Part shown: one piece after another, positions 9,557 through 19,188 of the stretch
How positions within the stretch are numbered: position 1 is the first letter of the stretch
How the letters are laid out: the number at the start of each line of letters is the position of its first letter
Source of the DNA: Thermoplasmata archaeon
GTDB lineage: Archaea; Thermoplasmatota; E2; JACPAO01; JAHFTW01
Assembly: GCA_034667725.1 (NCBI GenBank)
Contig: JAXDQS010000010.1
Location: 1-64,000, forward strand
Direction: 5' to 3'
DNA: 64,000 nucleotides
The notes under the pieces: model-generated
What the model saw: the letters and a program-made list of their open reading frames with translations, nothing else
What the model was told of the DNA's origin: nothing
The model's database searches: none
Program-made: the position numbers and the translations under genes

Positions 9557-10574
9557 AGGCCCGCCAGCGCCGGGCGCCTGCCGCCACCGCCAGCGAGCCC
9601 ATGGCCAGCGCCGGGCCGCCCCAGGGCGCCGGCTCCGTCCGCTGCGCGCCGGTGCCTGGCCAGGCGGAGACGGCCGCCGTGCCGCCGCCGAAGGCGAGCA
9701 CGGTGCCGTCCAGGTCCGCCGCGACGGCCTGCGCCCGCGGCTCGGCAAGCGGGGCAAGCGGCTCGAAGGCGCCGGTGCCCGGGTCGAAGGCGATGGCGGT
9801 GGCGGCCGCCGCGCCGGTCTTGCAGTCGGTGCCTCCCAGCGCCAGCAGGCGGCCGTCGTGCCCGAGGAGGGCGGCGCCGTAGGCCGGCAGGGTCGCCTCG
9901 GAGGCCGCGTAGGTGGCGGCGTCGCGCTGCGGCGCGTAGGCCAGGATGCTGGCCGGGCAGGTGTCGGGACGGCCCGGGACCGGCATGCAGCCGGCGACCA
10001 GGAAGACGGTGCCCATCCACACGGCTTGGCCCTTGGCGCACGGGAACGGCAGGCGGGCCTCCATGGACTCGACGCGGCCGAGGGCCTCGTCGTAGCGCAG
10101 GATGCGGTCGCTCGGCCCGGTGGCGGTGAGGCCGCCGAAAAGGTAGCCGCAGCCTTGGGCGCAGGCCGAGCCCGCGGGCATCCAGGCGTGCGCCGCCCAG
10201 GAGACGCCCTCCGGCAGCGCGGCGGCCTGCAGGGTCGAGCGGCCGGTGGCAGGGTCGATGGCCTCGATGGTGTTGGAATGGCTGGCGCCCCGTGCGCCCC
10301 CAGCCACCAGCAGGACCGTGCCGGTCCAGAAGAGGGCAGGCGCCTCCCGGGCCTCGCGCAGCCGCATCGGGGTCCCGGGCCCGCCGTCCAAGGTGTACGG
10401 CAGGATGGTGTCGTGGGTGGCACCTCCGGCCAGCCACGCCGTGTGGCCGTCGGAGGCAATGGCAGGGGACTGGAGGGGGAAGGGAAGAGGCTGCGGCGCC
10501 CCGCCCTCGGCTTGGCTGGCGGCGGGCGCCAGCACAAGCGCCAGGAGCAGGGCGGCCGCAGGGAGGGTCCGCAT
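9468..10574 (-). CDS. Secreted Kelch-repeat protein
   Basis: Signal peptide; repeated AGG/FGG...YDP/IDP Kelch units; stop overlaps the convergent gene. Confidence 0.7.
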   Translation of the reverse strand: MRTLPAAALLLALVLAPAASQAEGGAPQPLPFPLQSPAIASDGHTAWLAGGATHDTILPYTLDGGPGTPMRLREAREAPALFWTGTVLLVAGGARGASHSNTIEAIDPATGRSTLQAAALPEGVSWAAHAWMPAGSACAQGCGYLFGGLTATGPSDRILRYDEALGRVESMEARLPFPCAKGQAVWMGTVFLVAGCMPVPGRPDTCPASILAYAPQRDAATYAASEATLPAYGAALLGHDGRLLALGGTDCKTGAAAATAIAFDPGTGAFEPLAPLAEPRAQAVAADLDGTVLAFGGGTAAVSAWPGTGAQRTEPAPWGGPALAMGSLAVAAGARRWRAFSPRRRRCPSWPTRGRRPSTAGTRPRSTP

Positions 10575-10585
10575 GGCGCTGCGCC

Positions 10586-11722
10586 TCAGAGGCCTTGGCC
10601 GGGGTTGCTGGCGTCCACGTTGCGGACCTTGATGATGGGGCCCGCCTCGTGGACGGCCATGGTGGGCGTCTCCTCGTCGCGCGGCTCGTGGTGGACCTTG
10701 TGGCTGTACCACACCACGATGTCCTGGCCGTTGATGCTCTCGCCGCTGGCGTAGGCGTTGATGGGCGCGTCGCTGGTCGGGTTCGCCGGGACCTGGTAGC
10801 CCATCTCGCAGCCGTTGGACACGCCTTGGCACTTGTAGCGCACGGCCCAGACGTCATGCGTGGACATGGGGTCCACGGCTCCTTGGCTGTCGGACATGAT
10901 CTCGATGCTCTTGGGGTGGCCTTTGCTGTTGGTGGCGCCGAAATCGACCTGGCGCCACTTCGTGAAGGTCGCGTAGCCGCGGTCGCGGAACGTCTCGGTG
11001 CCGAGGGTGCACCACGGCGAGGCGGGGCAGGCGGCGTCCGTGTTCTGGTTGGAGTAGACCACGGCCGTCTTCGTGAACTCCTGGAACTTGTCGTTGGGCC
11101 AGCTGTTCATGTCGATGTCCATCCGCCAGTAGATGTAGTGCTGGTGCTGCCAGCTGGTGGAGCCGCCGCCCGAGTTGGCGTCGGCCAGCGTCCCTCCCAA
11201 GAGGACCTTCGGGAGGAAGGTGCCGTCCTGGCGCAGCTCGTAGGACGCGATGAACTGGTAGTTGTAGACGTTGAACTTGCTCCAAATGAAGACGCGCGGG
11301 TCCTTGCCGGTCAGCAGCTTCTCGTAGCAGACGCGGTTGTTGCCGTACAGGGTGCCCGAGCCGAGGAACCGGGGGCAGTCGGCGTTGGTGAGCGTCACCG
11401 CGCCCAGGCCGTAGCCTGGCACCGTGCTGCTGGCCTGGCCCAGGATGTCCTTGTACGGGCCGGCCATGCCGCCCTCGTACCGGGTCATGCTGAAGGGCAC
11501 GCCAATGTTGTAGAAGATGAAGGTGCCGTCGAACGACACGGAGTAGAGCTCGAGGCCCTGGCCGCGGGCTTCGTCCAGGTTGTAGCAGAACGACCACTTG
11601 ACGTCCGTGAAGCAGCCGCTGACGGCGGTGCTCTGGGCGATGGTGCCGGGGAAGGCGAGGCCGGCGGTGGCCAGGAGGAGCATGGCGGCGCAGATGTATT
11701 TGCTCGTGTCCATGGGCATCAC
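10586..11722 (-). CDS. Copper amine oxidase-like catalytic subunit (secreted)
   Basis: YKD (candidate base Asp), DCP, NVYNYQF (TPQ-precursor N-Y), HQHY..WRMDID, GQDIVVWY...HHEPRDEE.P.M. Confidence 0.75.
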   Translation of the reverse strand: MMPMDTSKYICAAMLLLATAGLAFPGTIAQSTAVSGCFTDVKWSFCYNLDEARGQGLELYSVSFDGTFIFYNIGVPFSMTRYEGGMAGPYKDILGQASSTVPGYGLGAVTLTNADCPRFLGSGTLYGNNRVCYEKLLTGKDPRVFIWSKFNVYNYQFIASYELRQDGTFLPKVLLGGTLADANSGGGSTSWQHQHYIYWRMDIDMNSWPNDKFQEFTKTAVVYSNQNTDAACPASPWCTLGTETFRDRGYATFTKWRQVDFGATNSKGHPKSIEIMSDSQGAVDPMSTHDVWAVRYKCQGVSNGCEMGYQVPANPTSDAPINAYASGESINGQDIVVWYSHKVHHEPRDEETPTMAVHEAGPIIKVRNVDASNPGQGL

Positions 11723-12372
11723 CCGTACCAGACGTCGTCCACGGCCATCGCGCTCAGGTTGAAGCGCGCGTGCAGGCCCTCGATGGGCTGGAGGTCCACC
11801 ATGTTGGCGCCCGAGTTGTGCACGAAGCGGGTCTCGAAGCAGCGCGAAAACTCGCAGGGCGTGCCGATGGTCTGGACGGCGCCGGCGTTGATCAGCTCCA
11901 GGTCGTTCAGGTCCCCGGCGTAGGAGGAGACGCGGGAGTCGGCCAGGAGCACGGGCTTGGCGGCCTGGAGCTCCTCGACGACCATGACGGGCTCGCGCAC
12001 CTCGGTCTGGAAGTCCGCGACCCGCAGGGCGGACAGGTCCACGCGGGCGGTGAGCGTGTCATGCACGTCATAACGGTAGAACTGCACCTCGGCGGCCCGC
12101 AGCACCGCCGCGAGCGGCTCGACCTTCACTGCGGGAAGCGCCAGGCTGGCGCCGATGGTGACGTGCCGGAAGGGCGCCAGCAGGTTCTGGATGTTGGGGT
12201 CGCCTTGGGCGACCTGGACCGCCAGGAGGCGCTCCACGGGGGTGAGGGGGGCAAAGCCGGCGTCGGTGCCAACGGACGGCACGGGGGCAACAACGCTGTG
12301 GGTGATCTGGCCTTTGGCAAGCGCGGCCGCAAGGACCAGCGCAGCCAGCAGGATGGGGGCTCGTGTTTTCAT
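11719..12372 (-). CDS. Secreted protein resembling amine oxidase N2/N3 domains
   Basis: Signal peptide; APLT..E, ARVDLS...V, P.M.VEE......LAD.RV pattern; ATGA overlap with the catalytic gene. Confidence 0.55.
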   Translation of the reverse strand: MKTRAPILLAALVLAAALAKGQITHSVVAPVPSVGTDAGFAPLTPVERLLAVQVAQGDPNIQNLLAPFRHVTIGASLALPAVKVEPLAAVLRAAEVQFYRYDVHDTLTARVDLSALRVADFQTEVREPVMVVEELQAAKPVLLADSRVSSYAGDLNDLELINAGAVQTIGTPCEFSRCFETRFVHNSGANMVDLQPIEGLHARFNLSAMAVDDVWYG

Positions 12373-12543
12373 GCAAGACCTTCGCGGCTCGGCGCCGCCC
12401 GGAGAGAAAATCTTCGCAAGTCAAAAAGATAGCCAGCCGGGCGCCGCCGACCGCGAAGAAAGTAGTGGCCGACCTGGGGCCTTCGCCTAGTTGATGTGGG
12501 TACAGGCGCGGCGCATCGCGGTCCCGGGTTGTGAATCTGGGGA

Positions 12544-12718
12544 AATCAGTGCCCGTCGCATGCCGCCGACTGGACACAGATTCCACAGAGGTCTGTGGGA
12601 ATCTTCCGAATCTGTGCGAATCAGTGCTCGTCGCGTGCCGCCGACTGGCCACAGATTCCACAGACCTTGGATTTGGCGGGGCCTAGCCAAAAAATTCAAC
12701 AGACCCTCTGTGGAATCT
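12544..12718. repeat. Two ~46-bp direct repeats (period 75) with the CACAGATTCCACAGA motif and inverted partial copies
   Basis: AATCAGTGCYCGTCGCRTGCCGCCGACTGGMCACAGATTCCACAGA at 12544 and 12619; TCTGTGG(G)AATCT at ~12592 and ~12707. Confidence 0.8.
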
Positions 12719-12743
12719 TCCGGGTCTGAGGGGGAATCCGTGC

Positions 12744-13928
12744 TCAATGCCCGTCCGGCGCGCGCAGCCGGTCCACCGCCAGCACCGCCACCATCACGAT
12801 GCTGAACATCAGCACGAACGACGCCAGGTTGAACGGCGCCAGGAACTCCCCCGACATCCCCTCCAACGCCCCTGGCGGCGGCATCCGCAGGTGGTACGCC
12901 CACACGAACGAGGCCAGGTGCGCCGCCGTGAACACCCACCACAACGGCCGCGGCAGCCCCGCCAGCACGAACAGCGGCAGCAGCCAGAGCGTGTACTGGG
13001 GCGAGAAGAACTTGCCCGCCACGACGTAGGCCGCCAGGAACGCCGCGGCCAACAGATGGACCTGCACCGTCCGGCGGCGCAGCGCCAGGCCGGCGATGAG
13101 GGCCGTCGCGCCCACAGTCGCCACCAGGCTCGCCAGGTTGAACTGGCCAACGGTCAGGCCGTAGCCTAGGCGCGGCATGACGACGTACTGGTCGAACAGG
13201 TAGTAGAGGGTCTGGAACGAGGTGCCGCGCTCGGCGTGGAACTGGTAGGTCCGCAGCCACAGCTCCGGGTTCAGCATGGCGTACGCCAGGTTCAGGGGGA
13301 GCCAGCCCAGCGCGAAGCCGCCGGCCAGCAGCGCCACTTCGCGCCGCCAGCCCTGCCCGGCGCGGCCGCGGTTCACCACCACCAAAAGCATGGCGAGGCC
13401 CGCCACCGCCGGGAACAGCTTGGCCGCCGTGCCCAGCCCGATCAAGAGTGCTGCCAGGAACAGCCGGCCGCGCTCGAACGCCACCAGGCCGGCCACCATC
13501 AGGAACACCGCCCACAGGTCCCAGTTGGTGAAGCCGTCCGCCACGATGGAGGGCGCCAGCACCCACGGCGCCGCGGAGCGCCAGTCGTGGCCCGCTTGCA
13601 CCAGGAGCCAAGTGACGCCCAGGCCGGCGGCGAACAGCAACGCCGCGTTGGCGTGCCACCAGGCCGCGTGGCTGTCGAACAGCAGCGCCAGCACCCAGGC
13701 CAGGCCGCCGGTCAGCACCGGATACTCGCTCTGGACCGTGACGTAGGGGATGCCGCCGTCGGCGTAGCCGTTGATGAAGTAGAGCGGGTGGAGGTCGTTG
13801 TAGCAGAAGTTCCGGAACTCGAAGCCGCCGCCCCAGGCATGGTCGAGGCACCGCGCCTTGAGCCAGTAGCCCAGCGCCAGGATGAGGGCGGAGAGGCCCA
13901 GCGCCGTCCAGAGCGCGTCCCGGCGCAT
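12744..13928 (-). CDS. GT-C membrane glycosyltransferase (GT87/DUF2029-like mannosyltransferase)
   Basis: CYND...LY, EYPVLTG, NWDLW, GLG.AAKLFP, KFFSPQY.LWLLP; many TMs. Confidence 0.8.
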   Translation of the reverse strand: MRRDALWTALGLSALILALGYWLKARCLDHAWGGGFEFRNFCYNDLHPLYFINGYADGGIPYVTVQSEYPVLTGGLAWVLALLFDSHAAWWHANAALLFAAGLGVTWLLVQAGHDWRSAAPWVLAPSIVADGFTNWDLWAVFLMVAGLVAFERGRLFLAALLIGLGTAAKLFPAVAGLAMLLVVVNRGRAGQGWRREVALLAGGFALGWLPLNLAYAMLNPELWLRTYQFHAERGTSFQTLYYLFDQYVVMPRLGYGLTVGQFNLASLVATVGATALIAGLALRRRTVQVHLLAAAFLAAYVVAGKFFSPQYTLWLLPLFVLAGLPRPLWWVFTAAHLASFVWAYHLRMPPPGALEGMSGEFLAPFNLASFVLMFSIVMVAVLAVDRLRAPDGH

Positions 13929-14008
13929 CGCGGGGCCCACCGCCCCCAGGCTTTCAAGCCCAACCATCCCAGCGTCGTTTTGTAGGGCCATCCTGTCGGC
14001 CCACTGCC

Positions 14009-16771
14009 GTGCCCCTCCTGTCGGTCGTGATCCCCACCTACAACGAGGCGGCCAACATCGCCCCGCTCTTGGCGGCGATGGAGGAGGCCCTCGCCGGCGT
14101 GGACGCCGAGTTCGTCGTGGTGGACGACAACTCGAAGGACGGCACCGCCGAGCTGGCCCGCAAGGCAACACCGCGGGCGCGCGTCATCGTGCGCACCGCC
14201 GAGCGCGGCCTCGCCACCGCCGTCGTGCGCGGCATCGCCGAGTCCAAGGGCACGTTCGTCGCCGTCATGGACGCCGACTTCCAGCACCCGCCCGCCACCG
14301 TGCGCGCCATGCTGGACCGCGCTGTTGCCGCCGACCTGGACCTCGTGGTCGGGTCGCGCTACGCCGCCGGCGGCTCCGAGGGCAGCTTCGGGCTGGCGCG
14401 CCGCACCATCAGCAAGGGCGCCCGGGCGCTCGCCAAGCTCGCGCTGCCGCCCATCCGGCGCCACCGGCTCACCGACCCCATGAGCGGCCTGTTCCTGGTG
14501 CGGCGCGAGCGGATCGACCCGGACGCGCTGCGGCCCACGGGCTACAAGATCCTCCTGGAGGTGCTGGGGCGGGCGCGGCTGGAGCGGGTCGAGGAGGTCG
14601 GCTACACCTTCCAGGACCGGCGCGGCGGCGCCTCCAAGCTCGGCAGCAAGGTCATCGTGCAGTACCTGGCGCACGTGGCCATGTTGGGCCTGGAGGATGC
14701 CGAGAACCAGCGGCTGCTGCGGTTCCTGTTCGTCGGCGCCTCCGGCGTCATCGTCAACTTCCTGTTCTTCACGTCGCTCTGGCTGGCCGGCGTCCAGCAG
14801 CACCTGGCGCTCCTGGCCGGCATCGAGGCCAGCATCCTCAGCAACTTCATCCTGAACGACCTGTTCACGTTCCGCGACCGCGCCAACCGCCCCTGGATCG
14901 CGCGCCTCGGCCTGTTCCACCTCGTGAGCCTCGGCAGCGCCGTGCTGCAGTTCGTCACCGCGACCTTGCTGGCGGACCTCCTCGGCGTCCCCCCGCTCGT
15001 GGCCGTCCCGGTCGGCATCGTGGCCGGCGTCGTGCCCAACTACCTCGGCAACCTCAAGCTCACCTACGCCGGGAAGGACGGCCCGCCCGCCCGCGCCTGG
15101 GTGCCGCTTGCCGTGCTGATCGCCGTCGCGTCCGGCCTCTACCTCACCGGCCTCGGCCCCGCCCAGTTCGGCCCCCTGGAGCCCGTGCTGCAAGGCGAGG
15201 CCTGGGGCATCAAGGACATCTACTTCGACGAGTCCTACTACGTCGTCGTCGCCCACCAGATGGACCAAGGCGTCTGGACCGACCCGTGCCACAGCGGCAG
15301 CGAGGTCATCTGGGGCATGACGGTCAACAAGGACCTCTGGCCGGTCAACTTCGAGCACCCGCCGCTGGCGAAGCTCATCATGGCCGCCTCGGTGCACGCC
15401 TACGAGACCAAGCACGGCATCTTCGAGGGCTGCCGCGCCCCCGACGACGACCACAACGGCGGCCGCGAGCGCTTCGAGGCCTGGAAGCAAGGCCTGCGCG
15501 AGGACGGCAACGCCTGGGCCTGGCGGGCGCCCTCCGCGGTCTTCGGCGTCGCCACCGTCGTGTTCGCGGCCCTGGCCGCCCGCCGCATCTACGACTCCTA
15601 CCTCGCCATGGCGCTCGCCGGCAGCTTCGTCGTGCTCGACAACCTGGTGTTGAGCTCCAGTCGCATCGCCCTGCTGGACATCTACGCCACCGGCTTCGCC
15701 GTCATCGCCGTCTACTGCGCCACCTTCGCCAGCCGCCGCGGCGTCCTCATGACCGCGCTGTTCCTGGGCCTCGGCTTCGCGAGCAAGTTCTACGTCCTGT
15801 TCGCCGCCCCGCCCATCCTGCTGCTGTCGCTCTGGATCCACTGGCGCGCCGGCGTGCTGCGGAAGCGCTGCTTCGACCTGCATCTCCTGGCCTACCCGCT
15901 GGGGTCGCTCGGCGTCCTGGTGGCCACCTACACGCCCTGGTGGGTCATCTGGATCCGGGCCAAAGGCATCGGCTACGCCCTCTGGACCTTCGTCGCCGTC
16001 CAGGCCGGCGCCATCAAGTGGGACGCCACCGGCCAGCAGGAAGGCAACCTGGTCAGCCAGCCCAACGAATGGCTGCTGATGACGACGCCCTACCAGTACA
16101 TCTCGAGCTGGCGCACCCCCGACGGCGGCGAGACTCTGTACCGCTTCATCTACGCCCTCGGCAACCCCTTCCTGTGGTGGGCCGCGTGTGTCGCCGTGCT
16201 CTACGTCCTCGTCGACTTCACCACCGATTGGCTGACGCAGCGCCGCCATGCCCCCAACGTCCCCGCCATCCTGGCCACCGCCCCCGTCGCGGACGCCACC
16301 CCGCCCATGGCCGCCATCCCCGTCGAGACGCCGGCCGCCACGCGCGCTCCGTTCCTCGGCCCCATGCGGTTCTTCGCCAGCCTGCCGCGCATCCGACAGG
16401 CGCTGCTCCTGGGCGCCTTCCTGCCGCTCTTGACCTACCTCGGCTTCCTCGGCCTCAACGCCACCGGCGGCCGCGACATGTACCTGTTCTACATGACGCT
16501 CATCGTTCCCCTCATGGCCATCGCGCTGGCCGGGCTGCTGGCGCACGTCTGGTTCCGCTTCGGCTGGCCCGGCCGCATCGTCGTGATGGGCGTCTGCGCC
16601 GCCGTGGCGTTCGCGTTCGTCTGGTTCCTGCCCGTGACCATCTACAACCCCGAGGTCAGCGAGGCGCAGTTCCACCGCATCTTCGACCTCGTGCCGTGGA
16701 TGCGCGAATGCGGCAGCGCGACCATCGAAGTCGCGGGGGAGCTGGTGCACGAGTGCCCGTTGCAGGGCTGA
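14009..16771 (+). CDS. Fusion of polyprenol-P-mannose synthase (GT2), GtrA-like flippase and PMT-like protein mannosyltransferase
   Basis: VIPTYNE/VDDNSKDGT/MDADFQHPP/DPMSG; then RFLFVGASG..VN...SNFILND.FTFRD; then FDESYY, NFEHPPLAKLI, WRAPS, SRIALLD, LGNP.LWW. Confidence 0.85.
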   Translation: MPLLSVVIPTYNEAANIAPLLAAMEEALAGVDAEFVVVDDNSKDGTAELARKATPRARVIVRTAERGLATAVVRGIAESKGTFVAVMDADFQHPPATVRAMLDRAVAADLDLVVGSRYAAGGSEGSFGLARRTISKGARALAKLALPPIRRHRLTDPMSGLFLVRRERIDPDALRPTGYKILLEVLGRARLERVEEVGYTFQDRRGGASKLGSKVIVQYLAHVAMLGLEDAENQRLLRFLFVGASGVIVNFLFFTSLWLAGVQQHLALLAGIEASILSNFILNDLFTFRDRANRPWIARLGLFHLVSLGSAVLQFVTATLLADLLGVPPLVAVPVGIVAGVVPNYLGNLKLTYAGKDGPPARAWVPLAVLIAVASGLYLTGLGPAQFGPLEPVLQGEAWGIKDIYFDESYYVVVAHQMDQGVWTDPCHSGSEVIWGMTVNKDLWPVNFEHPPLAKLIMAASVHAYETKHGIFEGCRAPDDDHNGGRERFEAWKQGLREDGNAWAWRAPSAVFGVATVVFAALAARRIYDSYLAMALAGSFVVLDNLVLSSSRIALLDIYATGFAVIAVYCATFASRRGVLMTALFLGLGFASKFYVLFAAPPILLLSLWIHWRAGVLRKRCFDLHLLAYPLGSLGVLVATYTPWWVIWIRAKGIGYALWTFVAVQAGAIKWDATGQQEGNLVSQPNEWLLMTTPYQYISSWRTPDGGETLYRFIYALGNPFLWWAACVAVLYVLVDFTTDWLTQRRHAPNVPAILATAPVADATPPMAAIPVETPAATRAPFLGPMRFFASLPRIRQALLLGAFLPLLTYLGFLGLNATGGRDMYLFYMTLIVPLMAIALAGLLAHVWFRFGWPGRIVVMGVCAAVAFAFVWFLPVTIYNPEVSEAQFHRIFDLVPWMRECGSATIEVAGELVHECPLQG

Positions 16772-16777
16772 GTCCGG

Positions 16778-17815
16778 CTACGCCTTGAGGTGCGCCTTCA
16801 GCGCCTTGATCTCCCGAATCTCCGCCGGGTCCTCGCCCTTGAGCTGCGCGACGTACACCGAGGTGTAGTCCAGGAACTGCATCAGCCTCGCCTGCTCGAC
16901 GACGTGGCTCTTGAAGTCCGTGATCGGGCCGGCGCGGCGGTCCAGCCAGGGCACGCCCCACTCGCCGTAGCGTTGGCGCATGTAGTCGACGCGCTTCTGG
17001 AGCTGCGGGTTCTGGGCGCCGTGGCTCAGGCACAAGACCGCGAAGTGGCGCCGGTTCGCAAGGTCGCCGCCCCAGCCGGTGAGGTCGTTGTGGTTGCACT
17101 CGGGCAGGAGGTCGCAGTCGGCGATCTTCTTGGCGTTCTCGTTGAGCATGCTGCGGAAGTGCAGCCCGATGCCGTGCAGCGCGGGGCTGGCGTAGATCTG
17201 CGGGATGGGCGCCAGCAGCTTGCGGGCGAGCTGGCGGGCCTCGTTGCGCTCCTCGGGCACGTCGGGGCCGCAGGCCTGGTCGACGGCGCGGACGGCGGCG
17301 GCGGCCTCGCGCACGGGCACGGGCTCGGCCAGCAGGCCGGCGCCTTCGAGGAAGCCGAGCAGGCTGAACCATGTGAAGGCGAAGGCGGCGCGCGGCTGGA
17401 ACCCGGGCGGCTGCGGGACGACGTGGGGGACCAGCTTGGCCACGGCGCCGCCGGTCGTGAACGCGGTGACGCCGAGGTCGCGGGCGACGGCCGCCTTGGT
17501 GACGGCGAGGGTCTCCTCGGTCTCGCCCGAGTAGGTGACGGCCAGCACGTGCCAGCCTTTGCGGGCGTGGCGGGGAACCTGGTAGTGCTTGACGATGGCC
17601 ACCGGGACGTCCATGACGCGGGAGCAGGCGTCCATGGCGACGTCGGCGCCCAGGCCGGAGAAGCCCATGCCCGCGATCAGCAGCCCCGCCGGCTGGAGCT
17701 TGGCGGTGGCGCCCGCCTTGCCCGCCGCGAACCCGTCCTCCACCAGCTTGGCCTTGGCCTGGATGGACGGGAGGAACCCGCTGGGGTCCCGCAGTTCGGG
17801 GATGGCGCTCAGCAC
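16778..17815 (-). CDS. Bifunctional phosphoglucose/phosphomannose isomerase (SIS family)
   Basis: GMGFSG, YSGETEET, TTGG, QPRAA, NENAK, PECNHN, DYTSVY. Confidence 0.88.
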   Translation of the reverse strand: MLSAIPELRDPSGFLPSIQAKAKLVEDGFAAGKAGATAKLQPAGLLIAGMGFSGLGADVAMDACSRVMDVPVAIVKHYQVPRHARKGWHVLAVTYSGETEETLAVTKAAVARDLGVTAFTTGGAVAKLVPHVVPQPPGFQPRAAFAFTWFSLLGFLEGAGLLAEPVPVREAAAAVRAVDQACGPDVPEERNEARQLARKLLAPIPQIYASPALHGIGLHFRSMLNENAKKIADCDLLPECNHNDLTGWGGDLANRRHFAVLCLSHGAQNPQLQKRVDYMRQRYGEWGVPWLDRRAGPITDFKSHVVEQARLMQFLDYTSVYVAQLKGEDPAEIREIKALKAHLKA

Positions 17816-17941
17816 GCGCCGCGCAAACGGCCCGGCGGCTCAAACGTTTCGGGGGAGGCGTCCCCTGCCGAACACCTCCGAGGGCAGGCGCATCGATTCA
17901 GCAACGCTTCTATCAAGGGCGCCGGTGGGAGCATGGGGAGC

Positions 17942-18802
17942 ATGGCTCGCGACGCCCGCCTGTGGAAGCGAAACCTGTTCGTCATCCCCGGCGGGCTGCT
18001 GGCGACGTACAGCGGCCTGTTCCTGCTCGACCTGCTTCTGTTGCGGCCGAGCACCGGCCCGTGCCAGGACCCCCACCGCATCCTCTACCACGGGCTGTGC
18101 TACAATGTCCTGCCCTGGCTGGCTGCCTTGCTCCTGGTCGGCCTGGTGCTGGTCGCCATCGGCGCCTTCGCGTTCCGCGGCCGCCCCCAGACGCTCGCCG
18201 GCCACCTGGAGCACGGCACCCCCGTCCACTTCGCGCTCGCCCTGCTGGTGAGCTTCGCCGTCGTCCCCATCCTGGCCGCCGGCATCGCGATGTACTTCCA
18301 GAGCGCCCAAGGCAACGTCTTCGTCACGGGCTTCCGGGGCAGCTCGTTCCGCACCGACTTCCTGCTGGGCATCGTCGCCGTCGTGGGAATCTGCCTGCTG
18401 CTGCCGTTCGCCCTCCTGCTGGCCTCGCAGCGCCGCCTCCGCCTCGACTTCCTGGCCGCCGCCGAGGCGGGCGAGGCCCCCGAGACGTTCCCCGGCGAGC
18501 CGGGCGGCGACGACGGCTACAAGGAGGAGCCGTGGCCCGAGAGCCGGGCCGCCGAGCACGCGGCGCTTGCGGCCGCGACGCCTACCCCCGCCGGCGCGGC
18601 GGCGGCGCCCGTGGTCAAGCAGGCCGGCGGCTGCAAGTACATGCTCGGCACCGGCTCCCACTGCGGCGCCGAGGTCGGCCCCGGCGGCCTCTACTGCCTC
18701 CGGCACGCCTGCCAAGGCCAGACCGCCAGCGGGGCGGCCTGCCGCAACCCGGCGCTCGCGGGCACCTCGCGCTGCCGGGCCCACACCGCCGGAAACCCTT
18801 AA
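17942..18802 (+). CDS. Four-TM membrane protein with C-terminal tandem Cys/His zinc motifs
   Basis: Hydrophobic segments, then C..G.HC......YC..H and C.GQTASG..C.N......C..H. Confidence 0.65.
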   Translation: MARDARLWKRNLFVIPGGLLATYSGLFLLDLLLLRPSTGPCQDPHRILYHGLCYNVLPWLAALLLVGLVLVAIGAFAFRGRPQTLAGHLEHGTPVHFALALLVSFAVVPILAAGIAMYFQSAQGNVFVTGFRGSSFRTDFLLGIVAVVGICLLLPFALLLASQRRLRLDFLAAAEAGEAPETFPGEPGGDDGYKEEPWPESRAAEHAALAAATPTPAGAAAAPVVKQAGGCKYMLGTGSHCGAEVGPGGLYCLRHACQGQTASGAACRNPALAGTSRCRAHTAGNP

Positions 18803-18826
18803 CCCGGCGGCTTCGTCGGCGCCGCC

Positions 18827-19117
18827 ATGGTCCTCGGGCTCGGCACCCAGGAGCTGGTCATCGTCGTGGTGGTCGTGCTCCTGCTCTTTGGCGCCACCGC
18901 CATCCCCAAGCTGGCGCGCAGCCTCGGCCGCGCCCAAGGCGAGTTCAAGAAGGCCAAGACCGAGTTCGACGCCGAGCTCCGCAAGTCGTCCGCCACCGCC
19001 CCGGTGGACGGCCCGAGCGAGGAGCAGGTGCGCCGGTCGGCGCGCGACCTCGGCATCGACGAGGCGGGCAAGCCGCTCGACGAGGTCAAGCGGCTGATCG
19101 CGCAGAAGCTGGCCTGA
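18827..19117 (+). CDS. tatA: Twin-arginine translocase TatA
   Basis: LG.QEL...LLLFGA..IPKLARSLG.A.GEFKK. Confidence 0.92.
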   Translation: MVLGLGTQELVIVVVVVLLLFGATAIPKLARSLGRAQGEFKKAKTEFDAELRKSSATAPVDGPSEEQVRRSARDLGIDEAGKPLDEVKRLIAQKLA

Positions 19118-19135
19118 CGTCCCCGACCTCCCGAT

Positions 19136-19188
19136 TAGACACAGATTCCACAGAACCTTTCCAAGATGTTCTGTGGAACCTGTGTCTA
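19136..19188. repeat. 21-bp stem palindrome between convergent tatA and tatC, sharing the core of the 12544 repeats
   Basis: TAGACACAGATTCCACAGAAC-N11-GTTCTGTGGAACCTGTGTCTA (1 mismatch). Confidence 0.8.

Noticed and set aside
12544-12718. Possible CRISPR array
   Set aside because: Only two imperfect ~46-bp units, the intervening sequence is itself related to the repeat, and there are no cas genes in the window.
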